Notes under the pieces: generated by a model
Database searches by the model: none
The model's input: only the letters and a program-made list of their open reading frames with translations
What the model was told of the DNA's origin: nothing
Origin: an uncultured Acidimicrobiia bacterium
Lineage (GTDB): Bacteria > Actinomycetota > Acidimicrobiia > Spongiisociales > UBA5794
Reading direction: 5' to 3'
Assembly: GCA_963834375.1 (NCBI GenBank)
Contig: CAWIBM010000005.1
Span: forward strand, 388,903 to 452,902
DNA length: 64,000 nt
Position numbers and translations under genes: made by a program
Shown: positions 45,666 to 54,851 of the stretch, in pieces
How positions within the stretch are numbered: the stretch's first letter is position 1
Layout: the number at the start of each line of letters is the position of its first letter

Positions 45666-45812
45666 TCAGCCGCGCCCGCGCCAGGTCAGCGCGGCCAGCT
45701 CGGCGGCCGCTCGGTGGCGGCGGCGGTCGTGGCGCGATCGTCTGAGCCTCGGCATCGGGGACGAGACGGGCAGCGTGGCCATGATCTTGGCGGACAGGCG
45801 TTGGGCAGCCAT
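45666..45812 (-). CDS. Small hypothetical protein (48 aa) with a strong RBS
   Basis: gcAAGGAGGtctcATG, then MAAQRLSAKIMATLPVSSPMPRLRRSRHDRRRHRAAAELAALTWRGRG*. Mostly G/C third positions; I recognise no family. Confidence 0.4.
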   Translation of the reverse strand: MAAQRLSAKIMATLPVSSPMPRLRRSRHDRRRHRAAAELAALTWRGRG

Positions 45813-45883
45813 GAGACCTCCTTGCAGAACGGGATCCGCCGGGAGCCCACCTGATACGAGGAATGTCGCCGGCGCCGCCGGTA

Positions 45884-46771
45884 TCAGACGACCGTGGCGG
45901 ATCGGGCGATCGCCGTCCCCGTCACCAGGTCGGTGCCGTCGCGCTGCAACGCCAGGGCGATCGTGGTCAGGTCGTCGCTGACCGGGCCGGCGTTGCACAC
46001 CACCCTGGCCTCCTCGGCCGGGGCCAGCGAGGCCCGAAAGCGCAGCCGGAGGTCGGCGAGCGGGTCGGTACGGAAGCGACCCTCGGTGGCGGACGCCGCC
46101 TGTGCCAGCCATGCCGCCATGAGTAGGCCGTGCACGACGATGCCATCCAGCCCGGCCGCCCGGGCGGAGTCGTGGTCGAAGTGGATCGGGTTGAAGTCGC
46201 CCGAGGCGGCGGCGTAGCGCACCAGATCGAGACGGCTCGCCCCCCTGAAGGCGGCGAAGCCGCCGTCACCGGGCACCGACCCGGAGGTCACCTCGGGCTC
46301 GCCACGGTCGGGGCCCGGCTTCCCCGCCGCTTCCGCCCCCATCAGGAACGTCGACGACGAGGAGACCAGTGGCTCGCCCTCCGACGACATCTCGACGTCG
46401 AGCCCCACGAAGCTGAGCGGACCGCGACTGCGCACCTTGGACACCGTGCCCTCGACCACGACGGCGAGCTCGACGGCGAGGGTGTGGTGCCAGGTGAACC
46501 GCTGGTCGGTGTGCACCAGCACCCGAGTGCTCTTTCCCACATCGGGGTCGCCGATCAGCAGCGGCGCCACGGTGAAGAGCAGGGCGGCGGCGTAGCCGGG
46601 CGGTGCCGCAGCTCGCCACCGCTCGGGATCGTCGCCGGTCGCGGCCACGAAGTCGGCGACCCGCTCGGCCGTTATCCGGGTGTTCACCGGCCCGTAGGTT
46701 CTCCCCTGGAGCGTCTCCAGCGACATGTCGCAGAGGGTACCGCTCGACGTCCCGCCGGAGGCTCCCGTCAC
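45884..46771 (-). CDS. MaoC-like double hotdog-fold dehydratase (fused N- and C-terminal hotdog halves; intact)
   Basis: ...LETLQGRTYGPVNTRITAERVADFVAATGDDPERW... and ...ASRLDLVRYAAASGDFNPIHFDHDSARAAGLDGIVVHGLLMAAWLAQ... The true start may be ATG 46726. Confidence 0.8.
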   Translation of the reverse strand: MTGASGGTSSGTLCDMSLETLQGRTYGPVNTRITAERVADFVAATGDDPERWRAAAPPGYAAALLFTVAPLLIGDPDVGKSTRVLVHTDQRFTWHHTLAVELAVVVEGTVSKVRSRGPLSFVGLDVEMSSEGEPLVSSSSTFLMGAEAAGKPGPDRGEPEVTSGSVPGDGGFAAFRGASRLDLVRYAAASGDFNPIHFDHDSARAAGLDGIVVHGLLMAAWLAQAASATEGRFRTDPLADLRLRFRASLAPAEEARVVCNAGPVSDDLTTIALALQRDGTDLVTGTAIARSATVV

Positions 46772-46832
46772 CGGGAAGCGTTGACCTGAGCGGCGGCGTC
46801 GTGGTCCAGCGGGCCGATCAACCGGAAGCGGG

Positions 46833-47264
46833 TCACGCCCGCTCGGGTTGGCCGACGACGTGGGTCACGGGAAGCTCGTGGCGCTTGCGGATCCGATCGG
46901 GCAGGCCCTTCTTCAACCAGCGGGACGATCCCTCGGGCAGAGTGGACACGACGATCTCGTCGACCTCGACGCCGTCGTGGCTCAGGGCGAGCACGGCGTC
47001 GTCGACGGCGAGCGAGGGGTTCGGGTCGCCCACCTCGCCGGTGACGGTGGCCCCTTCGGCGGCGAAAGCGGTCAACGCACGATCGAGCTGGCGCTCGGCG
47101 ATGGCGTGGCCGCTTCCCTCGGTCCAGGTGAGGTGCTCGCGGGGTGGCGTCGCCGGAACGACGAGATGGAAGCGAGCGGGCCCGCCCCCCATCGCCTCGC
47201 GGACGTGACCCAGCAACTCATCGCTGGCGAGGGTCTGGTTGGCGACCACCAGGTAGGTGCGCAT
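46833..47264 (-). CDS. Conserved hypothetical protein, USP-like (adenine-nucleotide alpha-hydrolase-like) fold suspected
   Basis: MRTYLVVANQTLASDELLGHVREAMGGGPARFHLVVPATPP...GEVGDPNPSLAVDDAVLALSHDGVEVDEIVVSTLPEGSSRWLKKGLPDRI... GAGGAGG RBS; intact 143 aa. Confidence 0.6.
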   Translation of the reverse strand: MRTYLVVANQTLASDELLGHVREAMGGGPARFHLVVPATPPREHLTWTEGSGHAIAERQLDRALTAFAAEGATVTGEVGDPNPSLAVDDAVLALSHDGVEVDEIVVSTLPEGSSRWLKKGLPDRIRKRHELPVTHVVGQPERA

Positions 47265-47372
47265 GGCGATCCTCCTCGGCAGGGCTCCCCCTCCCCTGCA
47301 TTATGTCGGCGGTCGCCGCCTGCGCAACCCGTGACGGCTGACGCCTGCGTCCACGCCGGGCGAAAGGCGCGC

Positions 47373-49334
47373 TCAGCGCCACTCCACGGAGCGGAGCTCC
47401 ACGGGGTCCTTGATGCCCTTCAGCTCGAAGGGCCGCCCATCCGAAACCGGGTAGGCGATGCCGTCGAGGATGTCGACGGTGTCCGCCGAGACGAGGATCT
47501 CCTCGGCACCGGCAGCAGCGGCGATGCGGGCGGCGACGTGGACCCCTCGGCCGCGGAAGTCCCCGCCCTCCACCGTGGCCTCGGCCGAGTGCACCCCGAT
47601 GCGGACCGATGGGGAGAACCCGTGCTCGCGCCGGTGATCCACCAGCTGTCTCTGGATGGCGACCGCCGCCTCCAGGGCATCGGCAGGGCGGTCGAAGGCG
47701 ACGAAGAAGCCATCCCCGGTGTGGCTCACCTCGACGCCGCCGTGCTTGGCGAACAGCGCACGCAGCTCACGGTCGTGCCAGGCGAGCAGCGCCTCCCAGC
47801 GTTCGTCACCGATGAGTGCCACGAGGTCGGTCGACGTGACGATGTCGGTGAACATGAACGTCCTGGTGACCCGCTCCCGGTCCCCGTCGGGCCGGCCGAA
47901 GCTGCGCAGGATCGCCTCGGTGGCACGGAGGTCGGGAACCGCCCCCAACCGGTCGAAAGTCGCCCGAGCGGCATCGAGGTCGATCCGAGCGAGGTCGTCG
48001 TCACCCGCCAGGAGACGGGCCCGTCCCAGGGCCACCCTGACACGCGCCGTCTCGTAGGGGAACTCGAGGTCCCGCCACAGCCGGACCGCCTTCTCCAGGT
48101 CGGGGACGGCGCTGCCGGCTTCGCCTCGGTGCAGAGCGACCTCGCCGCGGGCCTGCAACGCCGCCGCCTCGAAGGCGGGCTGGCCGAATTCGCCGGCGAT
48201 GATCTCCAGTTCGCCGGCTGCGGCGGTGGCCGTGTCCGGATCGTCGTTCGCCAGCGCCACCTCCACCTGGGCCGGCAGTCGGCGGGCGCGCTTGAGTTGG
48301 TCGACACCGCCTCCGACGCCGTCGCCGGACAGGCTCCTGGCGAGGCTGCGGGCCGCCTCCTCTTTCTGTCCTCTGGCCAGCATCAGCAGGGCCATCCCCG
48401 GCTGCGCGTCCGAGCCGAACTCGTAGGCCCGGTGGAACGCCTCCTCGGCACCGGCCAGGTCTCCCATGCGGAGCCTGATCTCACCCACTTCGTCGTACCC
48501 GAACCCGACCACATCGAGGATGTGGAATCGCTGCAGGTCTTCGCAGGCGGTGCGGGCGTCCGCCTCGGCCTCCGGCCACGCCCCCTTCAGACGCTTCAGC
48601 GAGGCACGATGGATCTGGCACACACCCGGGTACCCGCGGACGGAGTTGGCGCTCATGAACCGCTCGGCCTGGTCGGTCCACTCGGCTGCCCGACCGAAGT
48701 CGGCGAGGCTCTGGCAGGCGTTGATGGTGATGCAGTAGACGTCACTGACCGCCCTCAGGTCGGCGCCGCCGGACAACGCGGTGGCCGCTGCCTCGTCGAC
48801 GGCGGCGAGTCCGTCACGCCAGCGTCCGGCGGAGATCAGTCCATTGCCCTTCATCGCCAGCGCCCGCGCCTCGACGTCGGTCCGGTTCGTTCTCCGCGCC
48901 AGCTCGACCACCTCCTCGGCCAGCTCGACCCCCTGCTCGAAGTCGTGGCCGGCGAAGACGGCCTCGGCGACGTCGAGCAGTCTCAGCGCGGCGTGGGCGC
49001 CGGTCTCGGGCACGTCCTCGAGCAGCCGGACGGCTTTCGCCTGCCATCCCGACGCAACCGAGAAGGCGAGGCGTCGCATCGCCAGGTAGGCGAGGGTGGC
49101 GGCTACACCGGCTGCCTCGACGGGCATGTGGGCGTCGATGTAGCCGGCGTACGCCCGTTCCAACGCATCGACCGCCTCCTCGGCTCGACCCGCCCACCAG
49201 GCGGCGTCCGCCAGGATCTCGAGATCGGCTGGCGCCAGCGGCTCTTCGCGATCGAGCGCGGTGAAGGTGTCCAGCGCCTCTTCCCATCGACGCCGCTGCG
49301 CCGCCTGCCGACCCGATTCGAGCGAGAGGACCAC
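47373..49334 (-). CDS. Class III adenylate/guanylate cyclase with a long N-terminal TPR-like helical-repeat domain (intact, 653 aa)
   Basis: The C-terminal cyclase homology domain reads RVTRTFMFTDIVTSTDLVALIGDERWEALLAWHDRELRALFAKHGGVEVSHTGDGFFVAFDRPADALEAAVAIQRQL...VRIGVHSAEATVEGGDFRGRGVHVAARIAAAAGAEEILVS. The N-terminal 450 aa are Ala/Leu/Arg-rich repeats. Confidence 0.85.
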   Translation of the reverse strand: MVLSLESGRQAAQRRRWEEALDTFTALDREEPLAPADLEILADAAWWAGRAEEAVDALERAYAGYIDAHMPVEAAGVAATLAYLAMRRLAFSVASGWQAKAVRLLEDVPETGAHAALRLLDVAEAVFAGHDFEQGVELAEEVVELARRTNRTDVEARALAMKGNGLISAGRWRDGLAAVDEAAATALSGGADLRAVSDVYCITINACQSLADFGRAAEWTDQAERFMSANSVRGYPGVCQIHRASLKRLKGAWPEAEADARTACEDLQRFHILDVVGFGYDEVGEIRLRMGDLAGAEEAFHRAYEFGSDAQPGMALLMLARGQKEEAARSLARSLSGDGVGGGVDQLKRARRLPAQVEVALANDDPDTATAAAGELEIIAGEFGQPAFEAAALQARGEVALHRGEAGSAVPDLEKAVRLWRDLEFPYETARVRVALGRARLLAGDDDLARIDLDAARATFDRLGAVPDLRATEAILRSFGRPDGDRERVTRTFMFTDIVTSTDLVALIGDERWEALLAWHDRELRALFAKHGGVEVSHTGDGFFVAFDRPADALEAAVAIQRQLVDHRREHGFSPSVRIGVHSAEATVEGGDFRGRGVHVAARIAAAAGAEEILVSADTVDILDGIAYPVSDGRPFELKGIKDPVELRSVEWR

Positions 49335-49392
49335 GTCCTGACCGATCAGATAGAAGGTGGCAAATCTACCGACAGGAGTTGGGTGACGCGTC

Positions 49393-49421
49393 GGGCCCGC
49401 CGGCTGACAGCCGGCGGGCCC
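49393..49421 (-). terminator. Perfect 12-bp G/C hairpin after the MerR/TipAS gene
   Basis: GGGCCCGCCGGC-TGACA-GCCGGCGGGCCC, 22 nt downstream of the stop at 49443. Confidence 0.6.
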
Positions 49422-49442
49422 GGGCCTCTCGGTGAGGGGTGA

Positions 49443-50213
49443 TCAGCGCTGCCGGGCGGCGTTGGCGACGATGGCGTCGCGCACGAACTGCGCCAGCCCA
49501 GGGGCCATGTCCTCGTAGGTCTTGGTGAAGCGGGGGTCGGCCAGGTACATCTCGCCGAGGTTGACGTGCATCTCCGGGGGGCACGGGTAGAAGCGGCGAT
49601 CGATCTGGAGCCGAGCGGCTTCGGCGATGTCGACGGCGGCCTCGCTGGTCGGGTCGACACCCGATCGCAGGGCCTCGACCCAGCGACGGCCGATCTCCTC
49701 GCTCTCCGCCTTGATCTCCAGCCAGTCCTCCTTGGTGTACCGGGCGGTTCGCCTGGCGCTCTCCTGGTAGGCGTCGGTCTCACCCCAACGCCGTTCGGCC
49801 TCCTCCTCGTGCTCCGAGGGATCGAAGTCGCCGAAGACCTCGAACATCTCTTCCTTGGTCAAGTTCATCCCGGTCTCCTCTGCTCGGATCGCGTTCTCCA
49901 CCGCGTTGATCACTCGTTCCAGGCGTCGCTTATGGCCGATCAGCTGACGCAGCTGACCGTGCAGCACCGCGGCGCGGTCGAGCCCCGAGGCGCTCATCAC
50001 CGCCCGGATCCCGTCGAGCGGCAGGTCGAGCTCGCGGTACACGAGGATCTCGTGGAGCCGCTCCAGGTCGTCCTCGTCGTAGACCCGGTACCCGCCGGCG
50101 GTCCGGCCGGTGGGGCGCAGCAGCCCGATGTCGTCGTAGTGGTGCAGGGTGCGCACCGTGACTCCGGCGAGCCGGGCGACCTCCCCGACGGTGTAGCCGT
50201 CGATCGTCTTCAT
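49443..50213 (-). CDS. MerR-family transcriptional regulator with a TipAS-like C-terminal domain (intact)
   Basis: MKTIDGYTVGEVARLAGVTVRTLHHYDDIGLLRPTGRTAGGYRVYDEDDLERLHEILVYRELDLPLDGI..., then ...EAERRWGETDAYQESARRTARYTKEDW...MHVNLGEMYLADPRFTKTYEDMAPGLAQFVRDAI. Confidence 0.88.
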   Translation of the reverse strand: MKTIDGYTVGEVARLAGVTVRTLHHYDDIGLLRPTGRTAGGYRVYDEDDLERLHEILVYRELDLPLDGIRAVMSASGLDRAAVLHGQLRQLIGHKRRLERVINAVENAIRAEETGMNLTKEEMFEVFGDFDPSEHEEEAERRWGETDAYQESARRTARYTKEDWLEIKAESEEIGRRWVEALRSGVDPTSEAAVDIAEAARLQIDRRFYPCPPEMHVNLGEMYLADPRFTKTYEDMAPGLAQFVRDAIVANAARQR

Positions 50214-50219
50214 GGCTCC

Positions 50220-50250
50220 ACCGTAAACCATTACGTAACGTGAGGGTCAA
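50220..50250 (-). promoter_or_regulatory. MerR-type promoter: TTGACC-19 nt-TACGGT with TTACGTAA dyad in the spacer; the ATG lies 6 nt after the -10 (leaderless?)
   Basis: Minus strand reads ggTTGACCctcacgTTACGTAAtggttTACGGTggagccATG. A 19-bp spacer is the hallmark of MerR-regulated promoters. Confidence 0.5.
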
Positions 50251-50289
50251 CCGTGTTTCTGGCCCGGGCCGACCTTCGGTGGCTCAGTC

Positions 50290-50353
50290 ACAGTGTCAGG
50301 CGCCGAACAGGTCGGCTCCTCCGCACATGGGGCCCCTACCCCATGGCGGCCGT
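50290..50353 (-). repeat. Dispersed copy of the REP-like element between rpmG and the MerR gene
   Basis: Plus strand ACAGTGTCAGGCGCCGAACAGGTCGGCTCCTCCGCACATGGGGCCCCTACCCCATGGCGGCCGT aligns with 28581-28650 (ACAGTGT...GGGCCGAACCCGGCCCTCCTCCGCAAGTGGGG...) and with 28667-28715. Confidence 0.7.
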
Positions 50354-50418
50354 CACCGTCGCACAAGCGAGAGGGCGAACGAGCCGCCCCCCCGACGAAT
50401 TCCCGCCGACCCGATTCG

Positions 50419-50581
50419 CTAACGCGTCTCGCGGTGCGGGGTGTGGAGTCCGACACCAACGGCAGTACTTCTTCAGCTCCAGACGCTCGCGGGTGTTCGC
50501 CTTGCTCTTCGTCGTCACGTAGTTGCGGCGTTTGCACGTCTCGCAGGCGAGCGTGATCGGCGGGCGTTTGTCGCTGGCCAT
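50419..50581 (-). CDS. rpmG: 50S ribosomal protein L33, one extra base near the 3' end
   Basis: [45 protein letters not shown], then HTPHRETR* after removing one C from CTCCAC. Length is 163 nt (3n+1). Confidence 0.88.
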
Positions 50582-50600
50582 GCGGGTCCCTCGTCCTGTG

Positions 50601-51791
<1,191 letters not shown>

Positions 51792-51851
51792 GCCTGGTGC
51801 TCCTCTTCGCAGCCTCGGCTGCCGTTGTGTTTGCCGTTCTTGTTGCGTGCG

Positions 51852-51925
51852 TAGCGGCGGGCGGACTTGAACCGCCGACCTCTCGATTATGAGTCGAGCG
51901 CTCTTACCGACTGAGCTACGCCGCC
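51852..51925 (-). tRNA. metT: tRNA-Met (anticodon CAT), elongator type
   Basis: Minus strand reads GGCGGCGTAGCTCAGTCGGTAAGAGCGCTCGACTCATAATCGAGAGGTCGGCGGTTCAAGTCCGCCCGCCGCTA. Anticodon loop CTCATAA; the anticodon stem lacks the three G-C pairs of initiator tRNAs. Confidence 0.88.
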
Positions 51926-52050
51926 GCGCTGGCGCTCTGCGCGTCAGCCATCCGCCCGGCGATCGCGGATAGCGGATAGCCGGGAGAGGATAGCAAGGCG
52001 ACGCCGTCATGAGCCGCCCGGGGGCCGGATCAGCCGTGGCGGTCGCCTCG

Positions 52051-52122
52051 AGCCCCCTCCGGGATTTGAACCCGGGACCCCCTCCTTACCATGGAGGTGC
52101 TCTGCCACTGAGCTAAGGGGGC
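52051..52122 (-). tRNA. thrT: tRNA-Thr (anticodon GGT)
   Basis: Minus strand reads GCCCCCTTAGCTCAGTGGCAGAGCACCTCCATGGTAAGGAGGGGGTCCCGGGTTCAAATCCCGGAGGGGGCT. Anticodon loop ATGGTAA. Confidence 0.9.
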
Positions 52123-52229
52123 GGCTTCGAGGTTTGCGGCCCCGAGGATAGAGCACCTCCATGGCCCCATGGCGTGCCGGGCACTGCCGAGGGGCTGACT
52201 CGAGTGCCCACTATCCTGCGACGACTCGA

Positions 52230-52315
52230 GCCGGGATGCCCGAGCGGCCAAAGGGAGCAGACTGTAAATCTGCCGGCATTCGCCTACGGAGGTTCGAATC
52301 CTTCTCCCGGCACCA
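52230..52315 (+). tRNA. tyrT: tRNA-Tyr (anticodon GTA), long variable arm, CCA encoded
   Basis: GCCGGGATGCCCGAGCGGCCAAAGGGAGCAGACTGTAAATCTGCCGGCATTCGCCTACGGAGGTTCGAATCCTTCTCCCGGCACCA. Confidence 0.9.
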
Positions 52316-52481
52316 CCCGAGATGCTCGCCCGCCGGGCGAGCATCGCACCCCTCGAGCCCTACCCGGGTCGACACCCGCTCCGGCCACGAGCGAGATGGG
52401 GCGGCCCGCCACCGAGGCGGGCCGCCCCATCGGGCTCCCGGCTCGGCTGCGGTGCAGCGCCGAGCCGGAGTCGTGGCGAGA

Positions 52482-52718
52482 TCAGACGGCGATCGGAACG
52501 TGCTGGCGGTCCCGACCGAGCAGAACGGCGAACCGGGTGGCGAGCCAGAGGCCCGACACACCGACCAGGCCGTAAACGACACGCGTGATCGCACTCGTCT
52601 CACCGAAGTCCATGCCGAACAGCGCCGCCACCAGATCGAACTCGGCGATGGCGACGAGGCCCCAGTTGAGGGCTCCTACGATCACGAGGATCAGGGCGAC
52701 TGCGTCGAGCTTTCTCAT
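52482..52718 (-). CDS. DUF378-family small membrane protein (78 aa, intact)
   Basis: MRKLDAVALILVIVGALNWGLVAIAEFDLVAALFGMDFGETSAITRVVYGLVGVSGLWLATRF...; AAGGAG RBS. The ORF-track extension to 53048 is spurious. Confidence 0.8.
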   Translation of the reverse strand: MRKLDAVALILVIVGALNWGLVAIAEFDLVAALFGMDFGETSAITRVVYGLVGVSGLWLATRFAVLLGRDRQHVPIAV

Positions 52719-52749
52719 CTCTGTTCTCCTTGTTGAGAGTCTGTCTATG

Positions 52750-52802
52750 ACGGTATCGACTGCCGATGCCTCTGTCAAGAGTTTGTTTACCAGTTTGTCG
52801 AA
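52750..52802 (-). promoter_or_regulatory. Candidate promoter of the DUF378 gene (TTGACA-17 nt-TACCGT), flanked upstream by direct repeats ACAAACT-N5-ACAAACT abutting the -35 (candidate CarH operator)
   Basis: Minus strand reads ttcgACAAACTggtaaACAAACTcTTGACAgaggcatcggcagtcgaTACCGTcat. -35 at 52773-52778, -10 at 52750-52755, repeats at 52780-52786 and 52792-52798. Confidence 0.45.
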
Positions 52803-52822
52803 TCTTGGTCTAAGGTGGCCAG

Positions 52823-53722
52823 ATGGTTGAACCGGACGACCGGTATCTGCGAATCGGCGCCATGGCGCGGCGCACCGGAGTGTCTCCCGCGCTGCTGCGG
52901 GCGTGGGAGCAGCGGTATGGGTTGCTCCGACCGGCCCGCTCCGAAGGCGGGTTCCGCCTGTACTCGGACGAGGACGAGTGGCGGGTGCGGCTGACGAAGC
53001 AGCTGATCGAGGGAGGGCTCTCGACTGCGCAGGCAGCCCACCGTGCACTGACTAGTGCGGCCGATGGGCCGTTGCCGCCTGCACAGTCCGATGAACGGCT
53101 CGTGGAGGCCTTGGCGAGCAGCCTGCGCGAGTCCCTGGACGCCATGGACGGCGAGAACGCACACCGGATCATCGACCGACTGCTGGCGAGCATGTCGGTC
53201 GAAGGCGCTCTAGGGGACGTCGTCCTGCCCTATCTACGCGATCTCGGTGAGCGATGGGCGACCGGTGAGCTCTCGGTCGCGCAGGAGCACTTCGCGTCGA
53301 ATCTCATCCGCGGTCGCCTGCTCGGTATCGCCCGCGACTGGGCTGCCGGGTACGGACCGACCGTGATACTCGCTTGCCCACCCGGCGAGGCCCACGACCT
53401 GGGGCTCATCGTGTTCGGCATCGGGGTGTCGCGCCACGGTTGGCGGGTGGTCTTCCTCGGAGCCGACACCCCGCTTGCCACGATCGAGACCGCGGCCCGC
53501 AGCTCCCGGGCCTCATTGATCGTGCTCGCCGTCACCGACCCGGAACGGGTCCACGAACAGGCGGCGGCGATCGGCGCTCTCGCCGAGCTCATGCCGGTCG
53601 CGGTCGGCGGAAACATCTCGGAGGGAGATGTGGAGCCACTGGGCGCCCACGCACTTCACCAGGATGCGCTCGAAGCCTCCCGCCTGGTGGCGCACACGTG
53701 GCCGTGGCAACTCCCACGTTGA
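52823..53722 (+). CDS. MerR-family regulator with a cobalamin-binding domain, CarH/LitR type (intact)
   Basis: N-terminal MerR HTH: YLRIGAMARRTGVSPALLRAWEQRYGLLRPARSEGGFRLYSDEDE. The W-x9-EH motif is present (WATGELSVAQEH), as is the B12 lower-ligand motif E-x-H-x-x-G (GEAHDLG) followed by a Rossmann-like segment (VVFLGADTP). Confidence 0.85.
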   Translation: MVEPDDRYLRIGAMARRTGVSPALLRAWEQRYGLLRPARSEGGFRLYSDEDEWRVRLTKQLIEGGLSTAQAAHRALTSAADGPLPPAQSDERLVEALASSLRESLDAMDGENAHRIIDRLLASMSVEGALGDVVLPYLRDLGERWATGELSVAQEHFASNLIRGRLLGIARDWAAGYGPTVILACPPGEAHDLGLIVFGIGVSRHGWRVVFLGADTPLATIETAARSSRASLIVLAVTDPERVHEQAAAIGALAELMPVAVGGNISEGDVEPLGAHALHQDALEASRLVAHTWPWQLPR

Positions 53723-53782
53723 GCGATGTCGGATGGAGCCCGGTCGTGTCGACGCCCGTGCGCAGCGTTACGGGCCTCGCCG

Positions 53783-54653
53783 TCAGCGGATCATGCCCCC
53801 GGCTCGCCATCTCCTGGAGGCGGGCGATCCGGTCGGCGATGGGCGGGTGGGTGGCGAACATCCGGGCGATCCCACCGCCACGGTTGCCGCCGAACGCCTT
53901 CAGAGGGTCGGCGATGAAGAGCTGCGACACCGCAGGGTTCACCGGCATCGGCACCTTGCTGGTGCCGGCGTCGAGCTTGGCCAGGGCGCCGGCCAGTACC
54001 AGAGGCGCCCCGGTGATCTCGGCGCCGGACCGGTCGGCCTGGTACTCCCTCGATCGGGAGATGCCGAGCTGGATCAGCATCGCCGCCAGAGGGGCGACGA
54101 TCACCGCCACCAGGCTCAGGATCGCTCCGAACGGATTGTTGTTCTCGCTACGGCCCGCCCCGCTGAAGAAGGCCATGCGGGTGAGGAACGACAGCGCCGC
54201 CCCGATGGTGGCGGCGATGGTGGCGATGAGGATGTCCCGGTTCCGGACATGGGCGAGCTCGTGTGCCAGGACGCCCTCCAGCTCTTCGCGGTTCATCAGC
54301 TGCAGGATCCCGGCGGTCACGGCGACGGCGGCGTGCTTCGGGCTGCGGCCGGTGGCGAAGGCGTTGGGCTGCGGCTGGTCGATGTAGTACAGGCGGGGCA
54401 TCGGCATCCCCTCGCGGGTGGCCAGCGACGAGACGATCTGCTCTACCTCGGGCAGCTGGCCCGGAGCGATCGGCTTGGCCCGGGCGGCCGCCAGGGCGAT
54501 CCGGTCGGAGAAGAAGTACATGGCGAAGTTGAACACGACGGCGAGCAACAGGAAGGTGAGCGCTCCCTGACTGCCGTTGAGGAGCCAGCCGACGGCGACG
54601 AAGAGGCTGCCCAGGAGCCCGAGCAGGGCGGCGGTCTTCAGGTTGTTCGACAT
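53783..54653 (-). CDS. htpX: Zinc metalloprotease HtpX (M48), one extra base in the C5 run 53796-53800
   Basis: MSNNLKTAALLGLLGSLFVAVGW...NAFATGRSPKHAAVAVTAGILQLMNREELEGVLAHELAHVRNRDILI...SREYQADRSGAEITG...MFATHPPIADRIARLQEMASRG, then MIR* after correction. The uncorrected ORF runs 130 nt into the convergent CarH gene. Confidence 0.9.
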
Positions 54654-54851
54654 GACCGGATCGTACCGAAGTCGATGTGCGGTACTTCGCCGTCGTTTCG
54701 ACCAGGTGCCCGGAGGTCGGGGGCAGGTCCCAACCCGACCCGGCTAGGCTCGATGGAGATGGCGAGACACCCGCGAGTCCCGTTGGGTCACTCGTCCGAT
54801 TGACGGGCGCCAGTGGTCGACGAGACTACGGAGGAAGGGGGATTCCACCGG

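Noticed and set aside
46848-49442. An 864-aa plus-strand ORF, the longest in the track
   Set aside because: It is exactly antisense to the intact TPR-cyclase gene. The product is Gly/Arg/Pro/Val/Asp low complexity with no motifs. In DNA this GC-rich, stop codons are rare in all frames, so this is a shadow ORF.
51792-52010. A 73-aa N-terminal extension of the tuf ORF (the track ORF is 50601-52010)
   Set aside because: The extension reads through the tRNA-Met gene. The canonical [17 protein letters not shown] start at 51791 gives the normal 396-aa EF-Tu.
51926-52050. A triple GGATAGC direct repeat between tRNA-Met and tRNA-Thr
   Set aside because: It is too short (7 nt, three copies) to distinguish from chance. 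No convincing -35/-10 geometry could be built around it.
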